Positions 19,916 to 28,859 of a stretch of 64,000 nucleotides of DNA are shown piece by piece. Both the position numbers and the translations under genes were made by a program. How positions within the stretch are numbered: position 1 is the stretch's first letter; each line of letters starts with the position of its first letter. The stretch covers positions 193,923 to 257,922 of the forward strand of contig JAJDAN010000021.1 in the NCBI GenBank assembly GCA_029261855.1. The letters run 5' to 3'. This DNA comes from Deltaproteobacteria bacterium. GTDB taxonomy: Bacteria > Myxococcota_A > UBA9160 > UBA4427. Under the pieces are notes generated by a model, which did not search any database, was not told where the DNA came from, and saw only the letters and a list, made by a program, of their open reading frames with translations.

Positions 19916-21571
19916 TCAGATCGGGCAGACGATGTTGCCGAGCCGCTCGGTCAGCAGTGCGTTCTCGCGATAGTCGATGGGCACCACCACCAGCGCCGGC
20001 CCATCGCATTCGAAGGCGCGCTCGAGCACACCGCGCAGGTCCTTCGACTCGTCGCAGTGGAAGCCGGACCAGCCGAAGGCGTCGGCGAGCTTCATGAAGT
20101 CCGGGTTCGAGAACGCGAGCGGGGTGTGGTGGCCAAACTCGTTGTCCTGCTTCCAGGCGATCAGTCCGTAGGCGCCGTCCTCCCAAACCATCACGACGAT
20201 CTTCGTGCCGAGACGCTTCGCCGTCTCCATTTCATGGACGTTCATGAGGAAGCCACCGTCGCCGCAGATGGCCAGCACGCGACGCTCCGGGTGGACGAGC
20301 TTCGCGCTGATGGCTCCCGGCAACGCAAACCCCATGGAACAGAAGCCGTTCGAGATGAGACAGGTATTCGGCTCGTCGCACTGGTAGTAGCGGGCGATCC
20401 ACATCTTGTGAGCGCCCACGTCCGAGAGCAGGATGTCTTCGGGACCCATCACTTCGCGAACGTCCCACAGCACCTTCTGCGGCCGGATCGTCCCCTCGGA
20501 CAGATCGTCCTTGTACTCGGCGAAGTCCTTGAGCATCGCGGCCCGCACCTCGCGCTGCGCGGGCAGGTCGAAGAGCGGTTGGTCACCGCCACCGGCGCTG
20601 AGCTTCTCGTTCAGCATCCACAGCGTGTGCGCCACGTCGCCCACGATCTCGCATGCCGCGGGGTAGTGGGCATCCACCTCCGCCGGCAGGAAGTCGATGT
20701 GGATGATCTTCTTGTCGTTGTCCGGGTTCCACAGCTTCGGGTGGTACTCGACCATGTCGTAGCCGAGGCAGATCACCACGTCCGCGGCATCCATCGCGTA
20801 GGACACCCAGTCCTTTGCCTGCAGTCCGATGGTGAAAAGGCTGTAGGGCGAGTTGCGATCGACGCAGCCCTTGGCCATGAAGGTGCTGACGACGCCGATG
20901 CCCGTCAGCTCCGTGAAGCTCCGCAGCTGCTTGCTGGCCCGCTTCCGGATGGTGCCGTTGCCCGCGAGGATGATCGGGTTGCGGGCGTTCCGGATCAGCT
21001 CGACGGCCTGGTCCACGATCTTGTCGGCGGGCACCGCTCGCCGGGTCTTGTCCGGCGGAAGGGGCAGGCTGCCCGTCTCCTCCTGAGCGATGTCCTCGGG
21101 CAGCTCGATGTGACAGGCGCCGGGCTTCTCGGCCAGTGCCAGCTTGCAGGCCTTGCGGATCACTTCGGGGATGTTGTTGGCGCGCTTCAGCGACCAGGCC
21201 CACTTCGTGATCGGCTCGAACATGGCGACCACGTCCATGTTCTGGTGACTCTCCTTGTGGAGGCGGTCGCTGTCCGCCTGCCCGGTCAACACCAGCATCG
21301 GCGCCCGGTCCATGTTGCCGTCGGCGACGCCCGTCACGAGATTCGCGGCGCCGGGACCGAGCGTGCCGAGGCACGCGCTCAGCTCGCCGGTCAGGCGCCC
21401 GTGTACGTCTGCCATGAAGGCAGCGCTCTGCTCGTGGCGCGTCAGGATGAAGTCGATCTTCGAATCCTGGAGCGACATCATGAAATGGGCGTTCTCCTCA
21501 CCGGGAACGCCGAAAATGCGCTCGACCCCTTCATTCTCGAGACAGCGCACGAACAGATCCGAAGCTTTCAC
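19916..21571 (-). CDS. Thiamine-diphosphate enzyme, catabolic acetolactate synthase (AlsS)-like
   Basis: The start is GTG 21571 with SD GGAGG 8 nt upstream (the track ORF extends to 21820). ASDLFVRCLENEGVERIFGVPGEEN...TRHEQSAAFMADVHGRLTG...GPGAANLVTG and the TPP motif GDGGFLMN are present. Confidence 0.85.
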   Translation of the reverse strand: MKASDLFVRCLENEGVERIFGVPGEENAHFMMSLQDSKIDFILTRHEQSAAFMADVHGRLTGELSACLGTLGPGAANLVTGVADGNMDRAPMLVLTGQADSDRLHKESHQNMDVVAMFEPITKWAWSLKRANNIPEVIRKACKLALAEKPGACHIELPEDIAQEETGSLPLPPDKTRRAVPADKIVDQAVELIRNARNPIILAGNGTIRKRASKQLRSFTELTGIGVVSTFMAKGCVDRNSPYSLFTIGLQAKDWVSYAMDAADVVICLGYDMVEYHPKLWNPDNDKKIIHIDFLPAEVDAHYPAACEIVGDVAHTLWMLNEKLSAGGGDQPLFDLPAQREVRAAMLKDFAEYKDDLSEGTIRPQKVLWDVREVMGPEDILLSDVGAHKMWIARYYQCDEPNTCLISNGFCSMGFALPGAISAKLVHPERRVLAICGDGGFLMNVHEMETAKRLGTKIVVMVWEDGAYGLIAWKQDNEFGHHTPLAFSNPDFMKLADAFGWSGFHCDESKDLRGVLERAFECDGPALVVVPIDYRENALLTERLGNIVCPI

Positions 21572-21631
21572 GCGGGCACCTCCAGGTCCGGAGCGTAGGC
21601 CGGCCCTGTGTGCGCTGCTATGCTGCTCGCC

Positions 21632-21940
21632 ATGTCGCAGGGGCACGACGATCAGAAGCGCGCCGCCGATCAAGCGGATGCAGCCGGGGACGCCGAGAAC
21701 GCCGACCTGGAAGAGCGCGTCGAGACGCCCTTCGATCACCCGCTCTTCTTGCCCGCCGTGTTGCTCGGATTGTCCCTGTGGTTCCTGTGGGACGGCTTCA
21801 TCGTCCCGATGGAAGACCATCTGACCTTCAACCGCGTGGGCTTCGCGGTGCTCGCGGTCGCGACACTCTGGTTCGGCTACAAGGGCCTGCAGGAAATGCG
21901 CGCGGATCCGGAGTCCGGCCGCGACTCGGAATCGAGCTGA
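21632..21940 (+). CDS. Hypothetical small membrane protein (2 predicted TM)
   Basis: It has an acidic N-terminus followed by LFLPAVLLGLSLWFLWDGF and VGFAVLAVATLWFGY. I recognise no family. The ATG 21632 start was chosen within track ORF 21608..21940. Confidence 0.5.
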   Translation: MSQGHDDQKRAADQADAAGDAENADLEERVETPFDHPLFLPAVLLGLSLWFLWDGFIVPMEDHLTFNRVGFAVLAVATLWFGYKGLQEMRADPESGRDSESS

Positions 21941-22050
21941 ACGCGCGCTTCGTTCTCGTTCTTGCTGTTTCCGTCGTGCTGTAACTCAAGCAGCGACACT
22001 GCATCCGAGCTGCGACTGGCCCCGTCTCGGGGCGATCCCTGCTCTGAATT

Positions 22051-22068
22051 GTGGGTGCGCGCACCCAC
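22051..22068. promoter_or_regulatory. Perfect 18-bp palindrome upstream of the Ser/Thr kinase gene
   Basis: GTGGGTGCGCGCACCCAC is self-complementary. It could be a 7-bp stem plus CGCG loop in RNA, or a dimeric-TF operator. It lies 36 nt before ATG 22104 and 110 nt after the upstream stop. Confidence 0.3.
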
Positions 22069-22103
22069 AGTCGCGACGCCGTCCTGCCGATGAGTCGGGG
22101 GCC

Positions 22104-23579
22104 ATGTCACATCGCGCCCCCCCGAATCGGGTCGAGCCGGACTCGAAGACTGCCGCCGCCCATCCGCCGGGCGAGGCCGACGCGCGCGTCTCGACCGAAA
22201 GCCTCGACGAAAGCGAAGAAGCCAAGGAGGCGGTTCCGGCGAACGTCCATCGCAAGCCGGTGCCGGGTGACATCCTCGAAGCGCGCCATCGCTACCGCCT
22301 GGTCCGGCGCCTGGGCAAGGGCGGCTTCGGGTCCGTGTTCCTCGCCGATTCACTCGACACGCGCAACGGTCCGGGCGGCCCGCCGCCGCAGGTCGCCGTC
22401 AAAGTCATCGGGTCGACACGTGACCGACAGGCGCGCATCTCGCTGAAGCGCGAGCTGGCTGCGCTGCTCGCCATCGAGCACGACCGCATCCCGAAGCTCT
22501 ATGACTGGACCCTCGACGGCGAGCAGGCCTTCGTCGCGATGCAGCACTTCCCCGCCGGCAGCCTCGCGGACGCACGTCCGTTCATCGGACGCTTCGACGA
22601 GGAACAGACCTGGCGCCTCATCACCGACCTGCTCACGGCGCTGACCGCGGCGCACCGGGCCTCGATCCTCCACCTCGACGTCAAGCCCTCGAACGTGCTG
22701 CTGGACGGCAATGGCGGCTTCGCGCTGACGGACTTCGGCGTGTCCCATTCGTCGCGCATGTCGAAGGGACTGCTCCACCAGGGCCAGATCGCCGTCGGGC
22801 TCGGCACGCACGGCTACCGGGCGCCGGAACAGGACAGCGTCACCATCCAGTCCTTCGACCTGCGCACGGACCTCTGGGGCGTCGGCGCGACGGCCTGGTC
22901 GCTCTACACGGGGATCGACCTCAACAAGCGACAGGACGTCCTGCGCCGCAAGGAATCCGGCAACGTCTTCGGCCTGCCGCGACTGTCGGATGTAGCGCTG
23001 CGCTGCCCGCCGCCCCTCGAAGAGGTCGTGATGGGCATGCTGTACATCGACCCGACCCAGCGACCCGGCGGCGCCACGGAGGTCTTGACCCAGGTCAAGG
23101 CCATCGTCTCGGGCTTCGGCCTCGACTCGGCGACGCTCACCATGGCCCACCGGGCCAACGCCGACCCCGCCGTCATCCGCCAGGTGATCGATTCCCTGGT
23201 CGATCCGTTGTGGGCGTCGATCTGTCGCTCGCCGGGCTTCGACCGCTTCTTCGCCCGCTTCGAAGACGGCGAGGTCCTGTCCAGCGCCGACGACCGGGCG
23301 CACCACACGCTGCTGCTGCTGAGCGGCCGCGTGCGCGTCGAGCGCGGCGACCGCCTCGTCGACATCGAGAGTCGCGAAGGCGCCATGCTCGGCGCCATCT
23401 CCACCCTGACGGGCGCTCCGCGCAGCGTCACCTTGCGGGCCGATGGCACGGTCTGGGCCTGCATCTTCAACGAGGCCGAACTCGAGCAGCTCGTGACCTG
23501 CAACCCCTCGATCGCGGTTCGCATGATCCGGAACATGTCGGGCCGGATCGCGTCCGGGCCCGCGCGGCACGGGGACTGA
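22104..23579 (+). CDS. Ser/Thr protein kinase fused to a C-terminal cyclic-nucleotide-binding-like domain
   Basis: The Hanks motifs are GKGGFGSV, VAVKVI, HLDVKPSNVLL, DFG and YRAPEQ. The C-terminal ~130 aa has a cNMP-domain pattern (LLLLSGRVRVER...EGAMLGAISTLTGAPRSVTLRA). Confidence 0.9.
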   Translation: MSHRAPPNRVEPDSKTAAAHPPGEADARVSTESLDESEEAKEAVPANVHRKPVPGDILEARHRYRLVRRLGKGGFGSVFLADSLDTRNGPGGPPPQVAVKVIGSTRDRQARISLKRELAALLAIEHDRIPKLYDWTLDGEQAFVAMQHFPAGSLADARPFIGRFDEEQTWRLITDLLTALTAAHRASILHLDVKPSNVLLDGNGGFALTDFGVSHSSRMSKGLLHQGQIAVGLGTHGYRAPEQDSVTIQSFDLRTDLWGVGATAWSLYTGIDLNKRQDVLRRKESGNVFGLPRLSDVALRCPPPLEEVVMGMLYIDPTQRPGGATEVLTQVKAIVSGFGLDSATLTMAHRANADPAVIRQVIDSLVDPLWASICRSPGFDRFFARFEDGEVLSSADDRAHHTLLLLSGRVRVERGDRLVDIESREGAMLGAISTLTGAPRSVTLRADGTVWACIFNEAELEQLVTCNPSIAVRMIRNMSGRIASGPARHGD

Positions 23580-23630
23580 GACCGGCGACGGTTGCCCGCA
23601 GCGTGTGAGAGCGGTATCCCCTCGCACACG

Positions 23631-24416
23631 ATGATCCTCGATCGATTCCGGATGGACGAGAAGGTGGCGATCGTCACGGGCGCGGGCCGCGGCATTGGCC
23701 AGGGCTGCGCGCTGGCGCTCGCCGAAGTAGGCGTGCACGTCGTGTGTGCGGCGCGCACCCCGGAGCAGATCGACGAGACCGCCGCGCGAGCCACCGCCCT
23801 GGGTCCGCGCGCGGTCGCCGTGCCCTGCGATGTCAGCGAGCGCGGTCAGCTCGAGAACGTCATCGACACCGCCATGCGCGAGTTCGGCCGCATCGATGTG
23901 CTCGTCAACAACGCCGGCGGCTCGCCGCCGCGCGAAGCCCTGAAGACCAGCGAAGCGATGTTCAACCAGGCCTTCCAGTTCAACGTCACCACGGCCTTCC
24001 TGATGTCGCGCTTTGCCGCGCCGCACATGCTGGCCGGGGACGGCGGCTCGATCGTCAACATCTCCTCCGCTGCGGGCCGCCTGCCCCAGCCGGGCTTCGC
24101 CGCGTATGGAACCGCCAAGGCCGCCCTGTCGGCGATGACCCGAATGTTGGGCAGCGAGTTCGCGCCCCGGATCCGCGTCAACGCCATCGCCGTCGGCTCG
24201 GTGCTGACCTCCGCGCTCACCCAGTTCCTCGATGACGACACCCGGTCGCAGATGGAAGCGCTGACGCCGATGAAGCGACTGGGAGAAGTCGAGGACATCG
24301 CGCTGATGGCGCTGTACCTCGCATCGCCCGCATCGTCGTGGGTCACCGGGAAGATCATGGAGGTCGACGGCGGGACCGAGGCCACGAACTGGCCTTTTTC
24401 CTTCCCGACGATCTAG
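23631..24416 (+). CDS. Short-chain dehydrogenase/reductase (SDR)
   Basis: TGAGRGIGQG (the TGxxxGxG motif), NNAG, and the catalytic S...YxxxK (YGTAKAAL) are present. The start is the internal ATG 23631. Confidence 0.9.
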   Translation: MILDRFRMDEKVAIVTGAGRGIGQGCALALAEVGVHVVCAARTPEQIDETAARATALGPRAVAVPCDVSERGQLENVIDTAMREFGRIDVLVNNAGGSPPREALKTSEAMFNQAFQFNVTTAFLMSRFAAPHMLAGDGGSIVNISSAAGRLPQPGFAAYGTAKAALSAMTRMLGSEFAPRIRVNAIAVGSVLTSALTQFLDDDTRSQMEALTPMKRLGEVEDIALMALYLASPASSWVTGKIMEVDGGTEATNWPFSFPTI

Positions 24417-24527
24417 TCACAACCCAACCGGCAGCGGGCAAGCAACGCGTCGGCAATGCGCGCGCGGATCGCCGTGATACCGGCCCTGCCCCCTCAAGCC
24501 GACTGTCCGCGGGCTCGATGCGTCAGC

Positions 24528-25745
24528 ATGCGCATTGCACTGGCTGTCGACGGAACCCGGGGCGACGTACACCCCATGCTCGCTCTGGCCGATCACCTCC
24601 GGAATGGCGGTCACCACGTCGTCATCTGCGGCCCCCCGGACGCGGAGGACGACTGCCGGGACCGGGGTTTCGAGCTGCGGCCCATGGGTGTCGCAGTGCG
24701 GCAGTTCATGGACCAGGAGGCCGAGGGGATTGCGCGCGGACGCCTGGGCTTCGCACTCGCGGGTCAGCGCTATTTCAACGCGACCCTCGCGCGGCAGTTC
24801 GAGCGGCTGCCCGACGCCACATCCGACGTCGACGCCATCTTCGGTGCCGGTCTGTGTTTCGCGGGGGGATCCGCCGCCGAGCTGCACGGTATCCCCTATC
24901 GCCTGATCACGTACTGCCCGGTGCTGCTGCCGTCTTCCGAACACGCACCCTTCATCGTCCCCGGCGCGAACACCCCACGCTGGCTCAATCGCTTGCTGTG
25001 GAGCTGCGTCGTGCCGGTCTTCTCCAGCATGGTCGGGCTTCGCATCAATCAACACCGTCGACGGCTGGGCCTGCCCCGACGGGGCGACTTCTATCGCTCC
25101 CTGCTCTCCGACCGTCCCATTCTGTCGGCGAACCCCCTGCTCGCTCCCGTCCCGAAGGACTGCGCGGTTCCCGTGACGACGATCCCCTACCTGCACGCGC
25201 CGCCGGGTCCGGCCCTTCCCGAGAAGCTCGACGCGTTCCTGAACGCGGGGTCGCCGCCGGTCTACATCGGGTTCGGCAGCATGACCGACCCCGAACCCGG
25301 GAAGACCACGCGGGGGATCGTCGAGGCAGTGGAAGCCGCGGGCTGCCGGGCGGTCCTGTCCGCCGGCTGGGCGGGGCTCGGCGAAGGCCCCCTGCCCGAG
25401 ACGGTCTTCCGCACCGGGCCCGTCGACCACGCGCGTCTGTTCCGACGGGTCGCAGCGGTGGTGCACCACGGCGGTGCGGGCACCACGACCACCAGCGCGC
25501 GCGCGGGCGCGCCTCAGATCATCGTTCCCCATGGCGTCGACCAGTACTACTGGGGGGAGCGGGTGCAGGCTCTCGGCGTGGCGCCGCCGACCCTGGCGCG
25601 CCACCGCATGAACCCCGAACGGCTTGCGGGCGCACTGCGTGCGGTGCTCGACAACGAGATGGTGGCCGAACGGGCGTGCGAGCTGGGCGTCCGCATCCGG
25701 CAGGACGAAACGCCGCTACCCGACGTACAGACGCTGCTCGCCTGA
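24528..25745 (+). CDS. GT1-family (MGT/UDP-glycosyltransferase-like) glycosyltransferase
   Basis: MRIALAVDGTRGDVHPMLALADHLRNGGHHV is a GT-B N-domain, and the C-terminal donor-binding region reads VVHHGGAGTTTTSARAGAPQIIVPHGVDQYYW. The start is ATG 24528 within the track ORF. Confidence 0.8.
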   Translation: MRIALAVDGTRGDVHPMLALADHLRNGGHHVVICGPPDAEDDCRDRGFELRPMGVAVRQFMDQEAEGIARGRLGFALAGQRYFNATLARQFERLPDATSDVDAIFGAGLCFAGGSAAELHGIPYRLITYCPVLLPSSEHAPFIVPGANTPRWLNRLLWSCVVPVFSSMVGLRINQHRRRLGLPRRGDFYRSLLSDRPILSANPLLAPVPKDCAVPVTTIPYLHAPPGPALPEKLDAFLNAGSPPVYIGFGSMTDPEPGKTTRGIVEAVEAAGCRAVLSAGWAGLGEGPLPETVFRTGPVDHARLFRRVAAVVHHGGAGTTTTSARAGAPQIIVPHGVDQYYWGERVQALGVAPPTLARHRMNPERLAGALRAVLDNEMVAERACELGVRIRQDETPLPDVQTLLA

Positions 25746-25813
25746 AGCAGCCGGCCACTCGGTAGCCGGTTCCGGCGTGGTACATTGCCCGGCGCCCCCG
25801 TTCCCGATCGAGG

Positions 25814-27643
25814 TTGCGATTGAGCGCGTGTAGATGTGTGGCTGCTGTTCTCGCGCTGGCGTTCTGCGCGGTCCCCGGACACGCGGCGGACCGTGCGGGG
25901 GAGCTCGCCCGGGAACGACTGCTCGAATCGCTTCGCGACAGCGGGCGGGTGAGCGACGCCCTGCTCGCCGCCTATGCGGAGTCCGACCGCGTCCCCGTCA
26001 TCGTCACCCTCGAGGTTCCCGAACGGCACGCCCTGACCCGGCGAGCGCGGCGCGACCGCATCCGAGAGCGCGCCGACGATGCCCTGGCAGACTGCGCGCC
26101 GGCGGACTTCCGGTTGCGCCACCGCTTTCGTCACGCCGCCGGCTTCGCGGGCGAACTGCACCTGCGCGCGGTCCGGGGTCTACTCCGGAATCCCGCCGTG
26201 CGCGACATCGATCTCGACGGCGGGGGCCACGGCGCGCTGTACGAGAGCATGGGCCTGACCGGCGGCTACACGGCGAGCACCGCCGGCTTCAGTGGCGCGG
26301 GGATCACCGTCGCCGTTCTCGATTCGGGCGTCGACACGGACCACCCGGACTTCGCGGGCGCCCTCGTCGACGAGCACTGCATCTGCCCGGGTTGCTGCCC
26401 GAACGGCCAGGGCGTACAGACGGGGCCCGGCGCCGCCGAGGACGACAACGGCCACGGCAGCCTGGTCGCCGGGGTCGTGCTGTCTCGCGGCAATGTCGCG
26501 TCCATCGGGATGGCACCCGCCGCCGATCTCGTGGCCGTGAAGGTTCTCGACGACGGATTGGCGTTTGCGGCCACCTCGGACATCGTCGACGCCCTCGACT
26601 GGGTGATCGACAACTACACCGCCGCGCCGCCGACACCGTCGACGGTGCGCGTGGTGAACATGAGCCTCGCCACGGGAGCGACCTTCCCGGACACGTCCCC
26701 CAACGACTGCGGCGACGGCGGCGGTGCGGTTTCCCTGCTCGGACAGGCGGTCGACGAGCTCGAATCCCGCGGCGTACTCGTCGTCGCCGCGGCAGGCAAC
26801 ACGGCGAACAAGACTGCACTTCCGGCTCCGGCCTGTCTCTCGAACGTGGTCTCCGTGGGCGCCACCTGGGACCAGGACCTGGGACCGGAGCCGACGCCCT
26901 TCGGCTGCAGCGAGACCGGAACGATGCCGGACCAGATCACCTGCTTCTCGAACGCGCCGGCGCACATGAACGTGTTGGCACCGGGGGCGCGCATCACCGG
27001 TCCGAATCTGGAAGGCGTGCTCGGCGTGTCGCTCGGCACTTCCTTCGCGTCCCCCGCGGTGGCGGGCTGCGCGGCGCTGCTCATCGCCCAGGACGACATG
27101 CGCACACCTGCCGAAGTCGCCGGGCTGATTCTGGCATCCCCCGTCCTCGTGACGGACCCCGCGACGATGTTCGGCTTCCCGCGCCTCGACTGCGCGAATG
27201 CCCTGGGACTGTTGCCGGGAGACGACGACTCGGACTTCGACGGCATCACCGTCGATGACGGCGACAACTGTCCGGCGGACTTCAACCCGGCTCAGGGAGA
27301 CATCGAGGACGACATCGTGAATGCCAGTGCGGGCGACGGCGTCGGCGACCGCTGCGACGTCTGCGTCTTCGTCATCGACCCGGACCAGACCGACAGCGAC
27401 CAGGACGGCCTCGGCGACGCCTGCGTGTGCACCGGTCCGGATCTGTGGCCCGGCGACGTGGACGGCAACGGTGAAGTCGACGACCAGAGCGACATCTTCA
27501 TCCTGGGCTTCAACTTCGGAAACAGCGGTGGCGTCACCCCCGCCCAGGGCGACCAGAACTGCGACGACGTGATCGACGGCGCGGACTACACGCTGTGGGC
27601 CGACCACTTCGGCCGCCTCTCGAGTGAGGCCGACCTGCCCTGA
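25814..27643 (+). CDS. Secreted subtilisin-like S8 serine protease with C-terminal TSP3-like and dockerin-like Ca-binding repeats
   Basis: The signal peptide is VAAVLALAFCAVPGHA. The catalytic triad motifs are VAVLDSGVD, NGHGSLVAG and GTSFASPAVAG. The C-terminus has DSDFDGITVDDGDNCP, DPDQTDSDQDGLGDAC, GDVDGNGEVDD and CDDVIDGADYTLW. TTG start, uncertain. Confidence 0.9.
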   Translation: MRLSACRCVAAVLALAFCAVPGHAADRAGELARERLLESLRDSGRVSDALLAAYAESDRVPVIVTLEVPERHALTRRARRDRIRERADDALADCAPADFRLRHRFRHAAGFAGELHLRAVRGLLRNPAVRDIDLDGGGHGALYESMGLTGGYTASTAGFSGAGITVAVLDSGVDTDHPDFAGALVDEHCICPGCCPNGQGVQTGPGAAEDDNGHGSLVAGVVLSRGNVASIGMAPAADLVAVKVLDDGLAFAATSDIVDALDWVIDNYTAAPPTPSTVRVVNMSLATGATFPDTSPNDCGDGGGAVSLLGQAVDELESRGVLVVAAAGNTANKTALPAPACLSNVVSVGATWDQDLGPEPTPFGCSETGTMPDQITCFSNAPAHMNVLAPGARITGPNLEGVLGVSLGTSFASPAVAGCAALLIAQDDMRTPAEVAGLILASPVLVTDPATMFGFPRLDCANALGLLPGDDDSDFDGITVDDGDNCPADFNPAQGDIEDDIVNASAGDGVGDRCDVCVFVIDPDQTDSDQDGLGDACVCTGPDLWPGDVDGNGEVDDQSDIFILGFNFGNSGGVTPAQGDQNCDDVIDGADYTLWADHFGRLSSEADLP

Positions 27644-27662
27644 CTCCCCTCTGGCTATCCGG

Positions 27663-28700
27663 TCACGGCTGCACCAGGTAGAACGCGTTCACCGGATGTC
27701 CGAAGTCGATGGGCTGGAACTTCCCGAAGCCCGCGTCGTGGACCATGTCCTCGAGCAGCGCGGGGTGCAGCCCGAGGGTTCCCAGTCCCGCACCTCCCGG
27801 CTCGGACAAGGCGGACGACATGCAGGTCATGACCGAGGTGCCGTACATCATGGCCGCCATGGGATTCTCGGCCACGTTTGCCTCGTAGCTGCCATGACAC
27901 TTGATGTCGGCGATCAACCAGCGACCCGCCGGCGCGATCGCCTTCCGGATGCCTGCGACGATGGACGCCGGATCGGTCATGTCGTGCAGGCAGTCGAAGG
28001 TCGTGACGAAGTCGAAGCGCTCGTCCTCGGGCAGCGGCTCCTCGCGGACATGGTGGAAGCGGACGTTGTCCGCCCCCGCCTCCGCCGCGTTGGCCCGGCC
28101 GCGGGCAATGGCGTGGTTCGACAGCTCGTAGCCGTGGAAGTCCGTCTTCGGGAAGGCCTTCGCCATCTCGATCATGGCGACTCCGGTGCCGCAGCCCACG
28201 TCCGCTACCTGGATGCCAGCCTCCAATCCCTCGACCAGCCCGTCGATCCGAGGCAGCGCGACGGGTACCAGCAGGCTGCGGAACCAGGGCGCGAAGCCGC
28301 GCTCGACGCCGACGGCTCCCTCGGCGCCGAAGGCGTCGTAGGGCAGACCGAGCCCGCTCTCGAAGGCCTCGGGCAGGCGCTCGGCGATGGCCATGGTCTG
28401 GGGGAAGTGGGAGAAGAAGCCCGCCCCGAAGGCCGGGTGCCGCTCGTCCGCCAGCACCGCCCCAGCTTCCGGTGACAGCGAGAAGCGGTCGCCTCCCTCG
28501 TGCGCGAGGACTCCCGCGGCACCCTGCTGATGCAGCCACTCGCGCAGCCAGCGCTCCGACAGCCCGGTCCGCTTGGCCAGCTCTTCGCTATTGACGGCGC
28601 CGGTCTCGGCGAGCGACCGGTACAGGCCGAGCCGATCTCCCAGGTAGATCATCGCGGACGTGACGGCGCCGCTGTAGGCACCGAACACCGTGCGCGCCAT
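27663..28700 (-). CDS. Class I SAM-dependent methyltransferase with N-terminal winged-helix-like domain
   Basis: The start is the internal ATG 28700. The N-terminus reads LGLYRSLAETGAVNSEELAKRTGLSERWLREWL, and SAM motif I is VADVGCGTGVAMIEMA. Confidence 0.8.
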   Translation of the reverse strand: MARTVFGAYSGAVTSAMIYLGDRLGLYRSLAETGAVNSEELAKRTGLSERWLREWLHQQGAAGVLAHEGGDRFSLSPEAGAVLADERHPAFGAGFFSHFPQTMAIAERLPEAFESGLGLPYDAFGAEGAVGVERGFAPWFRSLLVPVALPRIDGLVEGLEAGIQVADVGCGTGVAMIEMAKAFPKTDFHGYELSNHAIARGRANAAEAGADNVRFHHVREEPLPEDERFDFVTTFDCLHDMTDPASIVAGIRKAIAPAGRWLIADIKCHGSYEANVAENPMAAMMYGTSVMTCMSSALSEPGGAGLGTLGLHPALLEDMVHDAGFGKFQPIDFGHPVNAFYLVQP

Positions 28701-28859
28701 GGCGCGAAGTCGATCAGAATCGAGGGGGGTCTCCGGGGCCAAGGTCGCATCCTCCTGTCTTTCGAGTGGGGCTTCGTGGAAAGGGTTCGAGTGGAAAGGG
28801 GTCGCTAGACTACCGCGCTCCCGGGCGATCGACTCCTGGGTGCTCGAGAAGGAGCCTGC

